30,545 nt of DNA from a virus (IMGVR_UViG_3300032271_001718:1-30545), one strand, 5' to 3'; shown: positions 14,047 through 24,210, numbered from the stretch's first letter. The notes: generated by a model not told the origin, from the sequence alone. Numbers and translations: made by a program.

Positions 14047-14202
14047 ATGTTTGAGACTTTAGAAGTGCGGCGAGCTGCCAATGGATTTATTCTGATAGTA
14101 AACACAGAATCAGAAACCAAAGAATACGTTTATGACACGGAACGTAAATTGCTCCGTGTCATTAAACAGTACCTAGGTCAAAAGCTTTCAGCTGAAGATT
14201 GA
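14047..14202 (+). CDS. Small hypothetical protein (51 aa, MFETLEVRRAANGFIL...)
   Basis: SD GAGG, ATG 14047, TGA 14202; TTGACA (13986) and TATAATCT upstream. Confidence 0.7.
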   Translation: MFETLEVRRAANGFILIVNTESETKEYVYDTERKLLRVIKQYLGQKLSAED

Positions 14203-14205
14203 TTC

Positions 14206-15177
14206 TTAGTCAATATTATTGAAGTAAGTATCTAACACAAAGAAGAGTTCTTTACGTAACTCTTCTTTCCAATCAAATCTGCTGCTCACCCTTGATATTA
14301 GATTGCGATATTCATTACTGTTAAAACAATAATGACCAGCTACGCTAACCATCAAGTCGTGAGAGTTTCCGTCAGACCATTTCTTCCATTTGTTACTGCT
14401 TATAACAGACTCAGAAAAATTATTCCATTCTTGCTTTGCAATAGCTTGTGATAAGGATCTCAATAGTTTAGTCTGTACCACTCCAAGCTGAGGAGCAATA
14501 TTTAATGCATGCACTCCACATTGTTTTCTGAGATTAATTGAAGAAGAATCTAGATAATCTGCGTTGTGCTCTTTCAATGAAACGCTGTTTTCGTTTGCGA
14601 TTGACACCAATTCTTTAGTTATGTCTGCTCGAAAATCTCCTGCCTGACGATCTTCATAAACCAAGCTACCAGTCTGGGCTACCACAAAATCCATGTTAGG
14701 GAATTGTTTTGCAAAAGAAACATCTTGTTTATATTTTTCTACACTAGCTGCAATGCCAATATTCTCTTCAGTTCCAAATTCAAATCGTATAGTTGGTTTG
14801 AGATCTAAACAAAATCGAATTAGCTCTTCTGCAACAGTAAATGGGTTTTCGCATCGAGAAGTATCTATATGAATTAGATCGAATCCGTTTTCAATGTCAT
14901 TATTAATTGTTTTCTTGGTAGCTTTTATCGCATCATTGATAGATAATGATTTTTCGCTATCGAGAAAATACGGTCCGCAATGATCTCTGCAGAGCTTAAT
15001 ATTACTTGTGTCTAGAGAAGATAGTTTATTAGCTAACTCTCTTGTGGTCATTACATAACCACTGTCAGCATCTATTTGATTTCGACTAGCGATAATCATC
15101 AATGGTTTATTATATTCACACAGTAATTCAATGATTTCTGGACTCATTGGCCCAAATCCAAGTTTGTAATTATCCAT
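14206..15177 (-). CDS. GatZ/KbaZ-like (tagatose-phosphate aldolase subunit / hexose-phosphate epimerase) TIM-barrel protein
   Basis: IASRNQID..SGY, DHCGP, GFDLIHIDTS, E.GTEE, KEHNADY, NIAPQLG. Confidence 0.75.
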   Translation of the reverse strand: MDNYKLGFGPMSPEIIELLCEYNKPLMIIASRNQIDADSGYVMTTRELANKLSSLDTSNIKLCRDHCGPYFLDSEKSLSINDAIKATKKTINNDIENGFDLIHIDTSRCENPFTVAEELIRFCLDLKPTIRFEFGTEENIGIAASVEKYKQDVSFAKQFPNMDFVVAQTGSLVYEDRQAGDFRADITKELVSIANENSVSLKEHNADYLDSSSINLRKQCGVHALNIAPQLGVVQTKLLRSLSQAIAKQEWNNFSESVISSNKWKKWSDGNSHDLMVSVAGHYCFNSNEYRNLISRVSSRFDWKEELRKELFFVLDTYFNNID

Positions 15178-15631
15178 TTTTTATCCTGTTTATTAAGTAA
15201 AGACATGCATCTAATACTGCACCTTCGCTGCTTGCGTTAGGGGTAACATACGATGCAGCGTTGCGTGCTTCTATTCTAGCATTTTGAGGTGCGATAGAAA
15301 TAGCCATATGGGGAAAGATAATCGCATCAAATATACCATCCCCCATATATGCAGTAGTAGCGAGATCAAAATTATCTCGTATCCATTGTAATCTATCATT
15401 TTCCCCTACAATGGAGAGTTTGTACCCCATGTGTTCAACAAGTCTAGCATGAGATATAGACGCACCTGACTTGTCGGCAGTAACAAACTCAAAATTGCAA
15501 TATTGTTTAATTAGCTTAAGTCCGTCATGGTCGTGTGCCCCAAATACTTTAAACATTTTTCCATTTTCTGAATAGTATATTTTGCCATCAGTCATAACAC
15601 CATCTACATCCAAAATAAAATTATTGATCAT
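15170..15631 (-). CDS. HAD phosphatase, KdsC/YrbI family
   Basis: LDVDGVMTDG, K.F...D.DG, YMGDG..D, GAV motifs. Confidence 0.85.
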   Translation of the reverse strand: MINNFILDVDGVMTDGKIYYSENGKMFKVFGAHDHDGLKLIKQYCNFEFVTADKSGASISHARLVEHMGYKLSIVGENDRLQWIRDNFDLATTAYMGDGIFDAIIFPHMAISIAPQNARIEARNAASYVTPNASSEGAVLDACLYLINRIKNG

Positions 15632-16349
15632 ACATTTCCTTTATAGAAGATTGCATGATACTTATATCTGCATCTTTGTCGAAATATAATTTATATTGGG
15701 CTGCAGCTTGACGAAGACTGATATCAATGCCATTGATTGAATTTTTACTTAGACGTACAAATTTAGACATTTTTACTACGCTATCTATTGCTAAACTATG
15801 AGAATATGAATCCACAGGCGAAGAATCATCCAGCATACCAATAGGCGTTGCATTGATTATAGTATCAAATTTTTCTGATATTAAATTGTGCCAGTTAGAT
15901 CGTGTGATCAAAACATATGGTACTGTAATCGCTGCTTGAAAAGCACGACTCATACCCCCGTTGCCCAATAGTGCTATTTTTCCATGTGCTTGGGTTAACG
16001 CCCAATGTGCTCCATTTAAATCAGTGTTGTAGCCGACAAGAACACGATCTCTATTAACTATAGTATTCACAGCGCCAACTGCTAATGCTGATTCATCTAT
16101 TTGATCTAGATATTGCATCACTTCAATTTTAAATGGCATTGATACGCTACAGCCAGTGATATCATTAGTTCTAATGATAGATATTGATTCTTGTAAATTG
16201 TCAGTGCTGCAGGCTATATATTCAGCATCTAGATTATGATGAGCAATCATCGTGTTATGAACACGGACTCCAAATTTTCCTGGGTATCTAGCTAATGATA
16301 TTACTAACTTATTATAAGTCCTGGTGTTTAGTGCATCTTGTATTCTCAT
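15621..16349 (-). CDS. Shikimate/quinate dehydrogenase-family (AroE-like) oxidoreductase
   Basis: SVSMPFK, VGAVNT, GYNTD, LGNGG, INATPIGM, QAA.Q motifs. Confidence 0.85.
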   Translation of the reverse strand: MRIQDALNTRTYNKLVISLARYPGKFGVRVHNTMIAHHNLDAEYIACSTDNLQESISIIRTNDITGCSVSMPFKIEVMQYLDQIDESALAVGAVNTIVNRDRVLVGYNTDLNGAHWALTQAHGKIALLGNGGMSRAFQAAITVPYVLITRSNWHNLISEKFDTIINATPIGMLDDSSPVDSYSHSLAIDSVVKMSKFVRLSKNSINGIDISLRQAAAQYKLYFDKDADISIMQSSIKEMYDQ

Positions 16350-17899
16350 CGAAGTCTTTTCTTTTCAAACCATTGCGTAAAATAATACTGTGATAGCCCG
16401 TAAAGAATTTTATCAAACGGCGCAGAATGCAAAGGGCTCATATTAATGTAGATAATGGGAACTAATAACGATATCTTATCCATATCATAGTTGTTCGATT
16501 CTACAAAATTTTCAAAGATTTCAAATATTGCATCATCTTGACTTAAATGGGAAATATTTATTTCCAAGCTCTTATCAAATTGGGAACTATGCAAATATCC
16601 TTTTTTGATTAAGTTGTAGTTTAGTATCATCCCGCCGTACATCTTGGCTAAATCGTAATATATATCCCCAAAGTAACTGTTACTGAATTTTTGTCTCCAA
16701 TCTAGTAACACAAATTCATGATTGTTGCATAGAATATTATCGAATTGTAAATCTCCGTGGGTGAAGGATGAAATCCCATCACACACAGAATCCCAATCTA
16801 TCATTTTAATACATGTTTGCAACGGCAAAACTTTATAGTTATTCACTGTTTCAAAATCAGAAAAACTTGTATATTTTTCGTAAAATTTTTCTATCCTGCC
16901 AATCGTCTTTTTATAATAAAAATCATAACATTTTTTTTTGAAATCTGATTCTACCACTGGAAACCATACAGATGCTTGAAGCCAGTTCAAAAATGTGCCA
17001 AACATTTCAGGTGTTATATTTTCGTAAAGGGTGTTACCTTCAATGCGATTGTAATAATGAAAGTTTCCTCGATGACTAAAATCATGTGGAAAAACTTTTT
17101 TGTTGAACAACACTCTGATATATTTGTCATATGACACATTTGGATCACTATGGAATTTTATTATTTTGCCATTGACATCATAAAAAAACTCATCTGTCTT
17201 ACAAAAATCAAAATCTTCGACTTTAGAAATCTCAGCTTTATAAAGATCGTAAGTACCAAAATCTTGCCAAGATAACGGATAAGCATATAAATTTAAATTA
17301 TCTTGAAATCCCTGACTTATTTCAGTTTTATATTCGATAGTTTTGCTCATATTATCAAAAAACACATCTGGATCTTTGATATGCATCAAGCCTATAAAAC
17401 TTTGGAAAGAATCGTCACAATATTGTTTGTCTACTATTTCCAGCACTTTCTCATCAACGGCTTTTATGTTGCAATATTTATAACTCTGTTCTGACGGTCT
17501 CGTTGCTATCCCTATCCAATTTTTATCTTGATTTTTGTCAATGACAAAATCATTGAATAATGTGTCGCATGATACAAAATAAAATCTATTGCTTAAATGT
17601 TCACGACATTTATATAAACTCTGTGCAGGTCCAGCAGAAGGAGAGTCATAGTTAGGGACATCTACAAAAGTTACATTTATGCTTGGATGTGCGATTCTGA
17701 TATAGTCAATCACTTGCTCTGAATTGCAGCCTACTGCAATGACAAATGTTTTATCTTCACCAAATTGTTCAATAATGTGACTAATTAATGCTTTGTTTTT
17801 ATAAGGCAAGAGTGCTTTATTGATTATCGAAGAATATGGTCCCATACGAGAACCTAACCCTGCAGTTAAAATACATACTGAAAAATCAGAAGTGTTCAT
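16346..17899 (-). CDS. Fusion of nucleotidyltransferase and APH/choline-kinase-like phosphotransferase
   Basis: N-terminal ILTAGLGSRM...NKALLP, CDT, WQDFGT; C-terminal HGDLQFDNI, LDWRQ, YYDLAK. Confidence 0.85.
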   Translation of the reverse strand: MNTSDFSVCILTAGLGSRMGPYSSIINKALLPYKNKALISHIIEQFGEDKTFVIAVGCNSEQVIDYIRIAHPSINVTFVDVPNYDSPSAGPAQSLYKCREHLSNRFYFVSCDTLFNDFVIDKNQDKNWIGIATRPSEQSYKYCNIKAVDEKVLEIVDKQYCDDSFQSFIGLMHIKDPDVFFDNMSKTIEYKTEISQGFQDNLNLYAYPLSWQDFGTYDLYKAEISKVEDFDFCKTDEFFYDVNGKIIKFHSDPNVSYDKYIRVLFNKKVFPHDFSHRGNFHYYNRIEGNTLYENITPEMFGTFLNWLQASVWFPVVESDFKKKCYDFYYKKTIGRIEKFYEKYTSFSDFETVNNYKVLPLQTCIKMIDWDSVCDGISSFTHGDLQFDNILCNNHEFVLLDWRQKFSNSYFGDIYYDLAKMYGGMILNYNLIKKGYLHSSQFDKSLEINISHLSQDDAIFEIFENFVESNNYDMDKISLLVPIIYINMSPLHSAPFDKILYGLSQYYFTQWFEKKRLR

Positions 17900-18350
17900 C
17901 TCTTATCAATCCGTGTGTTCGGTTTGTGTCGTCTTGCAATCTATATACATCATCTAGTTCTACAGTGCTAGTTTCAATAAAGGTTAAATCTTCAATTGCC
18001 ATTACTCTGTGAATACACCCTGCCCATACATGGCAAACTACGCCTGGAATTAAATCAAACACCTGAAGTTCTGAAATAATTATATCTATGTCTCGTTTTG
18101 TATAGTTGCCGCTGTGAAACCTATCAAAATCAAATAAATCAGGATGATAAAGAAGATGTCCGTGTCCAGACAACACATAATTAGTTTCTGATTTATATTG
18201 ATGTACTTGTAGACTAGTTCTGTTGCCCGCTTTGAAAAAAATTTCTTTTAATGCATACTGATGTTTTGGTGCCCCCGGCGATATCCAGAGTTCGTGGCCC
18301 CACGGTTTTGTAACTTTCTTACAATCTTCCATTTTAAAATATTCTATCAT
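17886..18350 (-). CDS. Cupin (mannose-6-phosphate isomerase type II-like)
   Basis: KPWG.E, SLQVHQYKSET, HR, ETST..LDDV.R..D. Confidence 0.85.
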   Translation of the reverse strand: MIEYFKMEDCKKVTKPWGHELWISPGAPKHQYALKEIFFKAGNRTSLQVHQYKSETNYVLSGHGHLLYHPDLFDFDRFHSGNYTKRDIDIIISELQVFDLIPGVVCHVWAGCIHRVMAIEDLTFIETSTVELDDVYRLQDDTNRTHGLIRDEHF

Positions 18351-18358
18351 ATATCACC

Positions 18359-19303
18359 TTACCATACTAAATTATTGAGATAATAACTCACAATGCTAGG
18401 AAGTTCAACATCGAAGTTTGCCTTAGGCTGCCAACCTAATGAACGTATTTTTGTGTCATCGATTGAGTATCGTACATCACCACCTATTCTAGTAGTATGA
18501 TACAAATATGGTTCTATGTCTTCGACATTGCCTTCTACAAGATGTATTATTTTTGTTATAACTTCTCGGATGCTCAACTCATAAATTCCAGATATATTGA
18601 ATATCTCGTTTTTCACACCACTTTCAATGATTGTTGTTACTGCATCAGCAGTATCGGATACATGAAGCCATGTACGAATAGGTGCTCCTCTATCATGTAC
18701 ATGAATTTGTTTTCCTATGCTCATGTATTTTATTGTTTTTGGAATTAATTTTTCAGTGTATTGCCCTATGCCGTAATTATTTGTAGGTCTGACAATTATA
18801 TAAGGAACATTGTGTGTTCTGGCCCACGCCAACACCAACATATCTGCTGCTGCTTTGGTGGCACTATAAGGATTACTTGGGCAAAGTAAATCTTTTTCAG
18901 TATGCGACCCTTCTACAATATCCCCGTACACTTCATCTGTACTAAAATGCAATAGTGTAGGCATTCTAAAAGATACTTTTTGTTTTATTAACTTTAGTAA
19001 ATGATGTACGCCATTGACATTACTATGAAGAAATCTATCGCTATCTTCGATGCTGTTATCAACATGAGTTTCAGCTGCAGTGTTGATTATATAATCGCAA
19101 TCATACAAATGTTCTAAGTCATTTATGTCTGAATGTATAAATTTGAAGTTGGGGTTTTGCCGAAACTCTTCTAAGAAGTTGGTGTTACTAGCATAGGTCA
19201 TATTATCTACACCAATAACATACCAACCTTTGTCTAAACATTTTTTAGTTATATGGATGCCTATAAATCCCAAGCAACCTGTCACATATACTATTTTCTT
19301 CAT
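18359..19303 (-). CDS. rmlB: dTDP-glucose 4,6-dehydratase-like SDR
   Basis: TGCLGFIG, AAETHVDNS, STDEVYG, PYSATK, NNYG..Q..EK.IP; start at MKKIV with SD AAGGA. Confidence 0.85.
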   Translation of the reverse strand: MKKIVYVTGCLGFIGIHITKKCLDKGWYVIGVDNMTYASNTNFLEEFRQNPNFKFIHSDINDLEHLYDCDYIINTAAETHVDNSIEDSDRFLHSNVNGVHHLLKLIKQKVSFRMPTLLHFSTDEVYGDIVEGSHTEKDLLCPSNPYSATKAAADMLVLAWARTHNVPYIIVRPTNNYGIGQYTEKLIPKTIKYMSIGKQIHVHDRGAPIRTWLHVSDTADAVTTIIESGVKNEIFNISGIYELSIREVITKIIHLVEGNVEDIEPYLYHTTRIGGDVRYSIDDTKIRSLGWQPKANFDVELPSIVSYYLNNLVW

Positions 19304-19323
19304 TTTTTTATCCTTGAATATTA

Positions 19324-19463
19324 TCAACGTCGATCTATCCATGCAGGATTAGACACATACCAGTTTACGGTAGATTCTAACTGATTTTATAATCTTTGAT
19401 AAATTCTTCGACTAAAAAATGACCCAGAAATCCAGTGGCTCCTGTTATTAGCATGTGTTTCAT
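19324..19463 (-). pseudogene. Internally deleted NAD-dependent epimerase/dehydratase
   Basis: Reads MKHMLITGATGFLGHFLVEEFIKDYKIS*, then in another frame LESTVNWYVSNPAWIDRR*. These are the N- and C-termini of an SDR with the middle missing. Confidence 0.8.
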
Positions 19464-19526
19464 AGTAAACCAGATAGTTTTTCAATCAAAGCTGTATACT
19501 GAATTATTATCATTAATTTTTTGTTT

Positions 19527-20507
19527 TTACACTGGTAATATGTAGTTACTGAACTTTTCTTTGTTGTCAACTAGATATTTTGGATGTGTGCTTTCTGTTA
19601 TATCAATTATAGATTCTGGTATTTTTAAATTAAATTCTTGTACAATTTGATCGATTGCTTCTTCCATTGTATTAAGATCTGCCCTACGTTTTCCTGGATT
19701 TCCTACATAAAGTAAATCGAAACAATGTGCCCAACTATGCATTTTAGCTAATAGTTTTTTGCCATCTATTGTATCATCCATGTAAGACAAGTGCCATCCG
19801 GCTTTCTTGATGGGTGCATGTGTGCCTGCACTAAGAACTCTCATTGTGCATGGCATCATTTTACAAAAATTGCTATATTCAGTCATGACACCAATTTTAT
19901 GCCTGTCGCCATGTCCCAGATCGGCTGGATCTTTGAATAAAATATTCATTTTATAAATGAACATATCTGGTTCAAACCAAACTATTGGTCTTACATTTTC
20001 TAGTATTGTGCTTCCACTTTCCAATTTATGACTAAAATGTTGTCGTCCACACAAATCTATAGCATTATATGTTTGGTCAGTGTCTTGAAAATACGTCAAA
20101 GCAGTTTCGACCGCAGTTCTATTGAGTATTTCATCTGCTGCACATACCAATACTATATCATCTGGTTGAAGATTTAGTTCTCTAAGAGCAGTTATTGCAT
20201 AATTACATTGAAACTGATCTCGACGATACTGCATTTGATTACCGCGTGCTGCATTGGCAATGGCACAGTCAATGTCTGGATGTTTTAACATTTCAAAGTC
20301 AAAATCGTGAATTTTTACATACACTATTTTTTCTTTATATTTTTCAAATCGTTTTTCATCAAAGTTGAAAGGCTTAGGATTACCTGCGTGCGTGACATCA
20401 GCTTCAACTATAATAAACTTTTCGACCCAATCCCAATGTTCATTTATACGAATTTCAACAACATCATTTTCTTGCCAAAATAGAAAACAATCGTAAATTT
20501 TTTTCAT
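19527..20507 (-). CDS. Glycosyltransferase family 17-like
   Basis: IYDCF.F..E...EIR, FIIVEA..TH.G.PKP, ADEI, AGWHLSY, WAH. Confidence 0.8.
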   Translation of the reverse strand: MKKIYDCFLFWQENDVVEIRINEHWDWVEKFIIVEADVTHAGNPKPFNFDEKRFEKYKEKIVYVKIHDFDFEMLKHPDIDCAIANAARGNQMQYRRDQFQCNYAITALRELNLQPDDIVLVCAADEILNRTAVETALTYFQDTDQTYNAIDLCGRQHFSHKLESGSTILENVRPIVWFEPDMFIYKMNILFKDPADLGHGDRHKIGVMTEYSNFCKMMPCTMRVLSAGTHAPIKKAGWHLSYMDDTIDGKKLLAKMHSWAHCFDLLYVGNPGKRRADLNTMEEAIDQIVQEFNLKIPESIIDITESTHPKYLVDNKEKFSNYILPV

Positions 20508-20545
20508 TTAAGTCTCCTTTTTTTAATATTTTAAAGTATCGTTAT

Positions 20546-21562
20546 TTAACTTTTGCGTTTGGTCTCTGATAAATTCAGCGCTATCTCTATTATCAAGCTT
20601 TCTTGCCCTGCAACTGCCTTTCTCTTTCCTAACTCGACGAATATATCTCGGGCATCGATATTGTATTTTTCTGCTGCGGCTGCAACTTGCTTGCTAAACA
20701 CAGACACTACACCAGACAGTCCACTGATAACAGATGTTGGCGAAATATAGGGTGCTACAGGATTAAAAGTTTTTTCTGCTAATGACGCAGCATCTAGTAT
20801 TCTATACAAATCTATGCCTGTTTCGTAACCTAAACGATGCAACACTGCAACCAGTACTTCAAGTTGCGTGTTACCAGCACCTCCGCCAAAACCCCTAATA
20901 GAACCATCTACTATTGTAGCACCTGCTTCTACAGCAGCAACAGCATTGGCTACACCAAATCCTAGATTGTTGTGCCCGTGAAATCCTACAGGAATACTTA
21001 GTTCATCAAGCAAGGCGCGAGTTTTTTCTGTAACGTCTTGCGGAAGCATGTTACCAGCTGAATCCATTATTACAAATGCTTGGGCACCATATGATTCCAT
21101 TTTTTTAGCTTGTTCTACCAATACTGTGGTAGGGCACATATGACTCATCATCAAGACGCCAAATGCTTCTTTATCTTGATTTCGCACATACTCGATGTGA
21201 CGCTTGGTAACATCTGCTTCAGTACAATGTGCACCTACCCTAAAAATGTCCATTCCACATCCAATAGCTTTTGCAAAATGATTTTTCACAGTACAAATAC
21301 CAGGAATAGCGTGTATTGCTAGCTTTGCTTTAATAACAGCTTGTCTTGCAGTGGAGATAATTTGTTCATCAGTATGTAAACACTCCCCTATAAGAAGAGA
21401 TGATGCGCCTAATCCGTTTCCGTGGCCTACTTCGATTACTGGTACATTGGCTGCTTCAGCAGCCTTGCAATAATCAGAAAAATTTTGAAGGGTAAGTTGG
21501 TGCTTTACGGCGTGATTTCCGTCTCGTAGTGTAGGATCACAAATCAATATTCTTTTATTCAT
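20546..21562 (-). CDS. dmpG: 4-hydroxy-2-oxovalerate aldolase
   Basis: DPTLRDGNHA, IEVGHGNGLGASS, HCTEAD, MDSAG, GFHGHNNLG, G.GAGN; ATGA overlap with dmpF. Confidence 0.93.
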   Translation of the reverse strand: MNKRILICDPTLRDGNHAVKHQLTLQNFSDYCKAAEAANVPVIEVGHGNGLGASSLLIGECLHTDEQIISTARQAVIKAKLAIHAIPGICTVKNHFAKAIGCGMDIFRVGAHCTEADVTKRHIEYVRNQDKEAFGVLMMSHMCPTTVLVEQAKKMESYGAQAFVIMDSAGNMLPQDVTEKTRALLDELSIPVGFHGHNNLGFGVANAVAAVEAGATIVDGSIRGFGGGAGNTQLEVLVAVLHRLGYETGIDLYRILDAASLAEKTFNPVAPYISPTSVISGLSGVVSVFSKQVAAAAEKYNIDARDIFVELGKRKAVAGQESLIIEIALNLSETKRKS

Positions 21563-22449
21563 TGTTTTTCCTTTGCAGTGGACATGCATTCTATCAATCT
21601 GATTGCTGCACAGTTTATTATGTCTAGATTGCCTGCATAAGAAGGCAAATAATCACCTGCTCCCAGTACTTTCACTGTGGTGAGTATGTGATTACCTACT
21701 ACTGTAGGTGGTACAATTAGAGAATAACCTGGTACGTATTCATTGAGTTGTTTTACCATTGATTCAACTGAATCACGGATCTCTGTGATGCGTGGGGTTT
21801 TTATCTTGGCATAGATCGTGGTCTGCATATCAATTTGTGGTACAGCAGGATTTAAAATTAATATAGCTTTGGTTTTTTTAATTCCTGTAAATTTTGATAG
21901 CGCATATTCAGTCGTTTCAATATATTCATCCAGATTGTCTCGGGTAGCCGGACCAGCACTTAGAGAAGCAATGTTTGACGATACTTCCAGATATTCAATA
22001 TCATCATGAACTTGTGAAATAGCATAGGCGATAGGAACGCTTGTTTGCCCACCACAAGTTACCATGTTCATATTATTAATCTGATGGTTTGCAATGCACT
22101 GATCAGCATTTAGAACAGGTATACACAAGTCACCTATTTTAGCTGGAGTCATATCTATCACTGGTTTGCCTAGTTTTTTCAACAAGGGCCAATGTTCTAT
22201 GTGACTTTGTGCTGAAGTGCAGTCGATGATAATATCACAGATTTCTGGATTATCTATTACTGCTTGATATCCCAGGTTCGTGGTATGAATACCTAGGTTT
22301 TTTGCTAGTTGCATTCCCCGAGATTCAAGATTTCTACCTGCGAAAACTGCACATTCGAGTCTATCTGATTTATGCACTTTGACCATTAGATCAGCCCCTA
22401 TATTGCCTGTGCCTATAATCGCAACCTTGAGTTTATTTGAATTATTCAT
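21559..22449 (-). CDS. dmpF: Acetaldehyde dehydrogenase (acylating)
   Basis: IIGTGNIG.DL, DMTPA, NMVTCGGQ, SAGPATRDNLDEY, ILNPA, GAGDYLPSYAGNLDII. Confidence 0.95.
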   Translation of the reverse strand: MNNSNKLKVAIIGTGNIGADLMVKVHKSDRLECAVFAGRNLESRGMQLAKNLGIHTTNLGYQAVIDNPEICDIIIDCTSAQSHIEHWPLLKKLGKPVIDMTPAKIGDLCIPVLNADQCIANHQINNMNMVTCGGQTSVPIAYAISQVHDDIEYLEVSSNIASLSAGPATRDNLDEYIETTEYALSKFTGIKKTKAILILNPAVPQIDMQTTIYAKIKTPRITEIRDSVESMVKQLNEYVPGYSLIVPPTVVGNHILTTVKVLGAGDYLPSYAGNLDIINCAAIRLIECMSTAKEKQ

Positions 22450-22461
22450 GCGTTTTTACTT

Positions 22462-23193
22462 TCAAATCTTCACTATCATTTCTCTGTCTAGCTCTTCGTC
22501 AGTTAAAAACGGTGCTAGATCATGCAAACCACATTGTTTGCCATTTTTAATTGCCTGAGATGGCTTTATTTCTTGCGTTTCTTTACATAAGCAGTTTATT
22601 ATCATCGAGCGTTCAGTGGCAAGCAATGAGGATAAATTTTCTAGATCACGAACACACGATAGTTCTGCGTAATCCAGCTGAAAGCTATGTGCGATGTCTT
22701 TAAAATTTGGGAACCACAACCCACTGGTACCACTGCTACCGTACACTCTGTTTTCAAAATATTTTTTCTGCGTGTTTTTGATACTGAGATAACCGTTGTT
22801 ATTCAATAACACAAATTTAATTTTTAGCTGATGCTGTGTAACAACTGCCAATTCTTGTATGTTGCTCATGAAACTGCCGTCCCCTATTATTGATATAACA
22901 GGACGTTCACAAGATAAAGCAACTCCTATCGCACCAGGCAAAGCCCAACCCATATCACCCTGGCCTGTACTGTAGATGATACGTTGAGAATCATGAACTT
23001 CTAGCATGGTAGGACCAAGATAATATGCACTGCCGGCATCACCCATAAAAATAGCATCTGATGGACTATGACGATTGATACCATCCATTACTGCATATAA
23101 ATCTAATCTACCATCAGAATCATCAAGATATTCATCTTGCATCACAGGCCACTGTGATTTCCATCGAGCACAAGTATCATTCCAGCTTGTCAT
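22462..23193 (-). CDS. ThDP-dependent enzyme, C-terminal (PP) domain subunit
   Basis: MG.ALPGAIG, GDGSFMSNIQEL...NNNGY.SI ThDP motif; SD AAGGAA and ATGA coupling to the upstream ORF. Confidence 0.9.
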   Translation of the reverse strand: MTSWNDTCARWKSQWPVMQDEYLDDSDGRLDLYAVMDGINRHSPSDAIFMGDAGSAYYLGPTMLEVHDSQRIIYSTGQGDMGWALPGAIGVALSCERPVISIIGDGSFMSNIQELAVVTQHQLKIKFVLLNNNGYLSIKNTQKKYFENRVYGSSGTSGLWFPNFKDIAHSFQLDYAELSCVRDLENLSSLLATERSMIINCLCKETQEIKPSQAIKNGKQCGLHDLAPFLTDEELDREMIVKI

Positions 23194-24209
23194 AGCATTT
23201 CCTTGAAAAAATCTTTTAGGTCTAAATGGTATTTCTTGTCGATAGTGATAGTTGGTTTATTTAGTTCTGAAATATCACAGTCTACAAGTATTTTAAAGCT
23301 ATGAGGACTAAATTGCAGAGGATCATAGCCTATAACGCTGCTTCCCAAGCTGCTGCCTAGAATAAGTAAAAGATCTGCATTTTGCATAGCGAAATTGCCA
23401 GCCCTGCTGCCTTTGATACCTACAGCACCAATGTTAAGGGGATTAGAAAATTCCATGTAATCTCTGGCGCCATATGTGCTCACATAAGGTATCTGATACT
23501 GGTCGATAAACGAAACAAACTGATCAACAGCATTAGCCTGCTTGATACCAAATCCAGCTAAAACCAATGGTCTTTGATAAGTTTTCAAACACGTTTTTAC
23601 AGAGTCTAACTCTACATGCTGTTGTTTTGTTTTTGGTAATTCAGACGGATCAAATATTCTGAAATTTTCAGGCATCAACGCAGTTTGAATGTTGTTAGGA
23701 ATGTCAATCCAGACTGGCCCTGGGCGACCGTCCAATGCTGTGTACACTGCTTTTTGTATCATGTACGGGACATCGGCTGGGTCTACAATAAATTCAGCCA
23801 TCTTGGTCATAGACTTAACACTGGAAATAATATCGTGCTCTTGAATGCCGTATTTTCTCAGTCTTAGATTATATTTTTGGTTTATATAGGACGAACAGTT
23901 GTGTGAAGCAACGTTGCCTGATACAAACAAAATTGGCGTAGAATCTTGCCAAGCGTCTAGAACACTGGTTGCACAATTTGTGCCTCCGCAGCCAGTGGTA
24001 GGATTTACCACTGCAATCTGGCCTGTGAATTTTGATTCTCCGATGGCACTGTGACCAGCACCTTGCTCATGGTGATAACAGATGTACTTTATCAGACCGT
24101 GTTTGATAAAGCCGTCGTTCAGTCCGCTGGCGCCACCACCCATTACACCGTGAACTCTTCTTACTCCAATATTGTACAAATACTGTGCTATCCAATCACA
24201 TATTCTCAT
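23190..24209 (-). CDS. ThDP-dependent enzyme (acetolactate-synthase/YerE-like), N-terminal and middle domains
   Basis: HHEQGAG, TTGCGGTN, DS.P, G.QE.DI, GRPGPVWIDIP, RAGNFAMQNAD. Confidence 0.9.
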   Translation of the reverse strand: MRICDWIAQYLYNIGVRRVHGVMGGGASGLNDGFIKHGLIKYICYHHEQGAGHSAIGESKFTGQIAVVNPTTGCGGTNCATSVLDAWQDSTPILFVSGNVASHNCSSYINQKYNLRLRKYGIQEHDIISSVKSMTKMAEFIVDPADVPYMIQKAVYTALDGRPGPVWIDIPNNIQTALMPENFRIFDPSELPKTKQQHVELDSVKTCLKTYQRPLVLAGFGIKQANAVDQFVSFIDQYQIPYVSTYGARDYMEFSNPLNIGAVGIKGSRAGNFAMQNADLLLILGSSLGSSVIGYDPLQFSPHSFKILVDCDISELNKPTITIDKKYHLDLKDFFKEML

Positions 24210-24210
24210 T

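Noticed and set aside
15621-16349. Aromatic amino-acid biosynthesis (true aroE role)
   Set aside because: No other aro genes; it is translationally coupled to sugar-phosphate enzymes, so the gene symbol was withheld.
20546-22449. Aromatic meta-cleavage catabolic operon
   Set aside because: No dioxygenase, hydratase or hydrolase genes; dmpFG is embedded among NDP-sugar genes.
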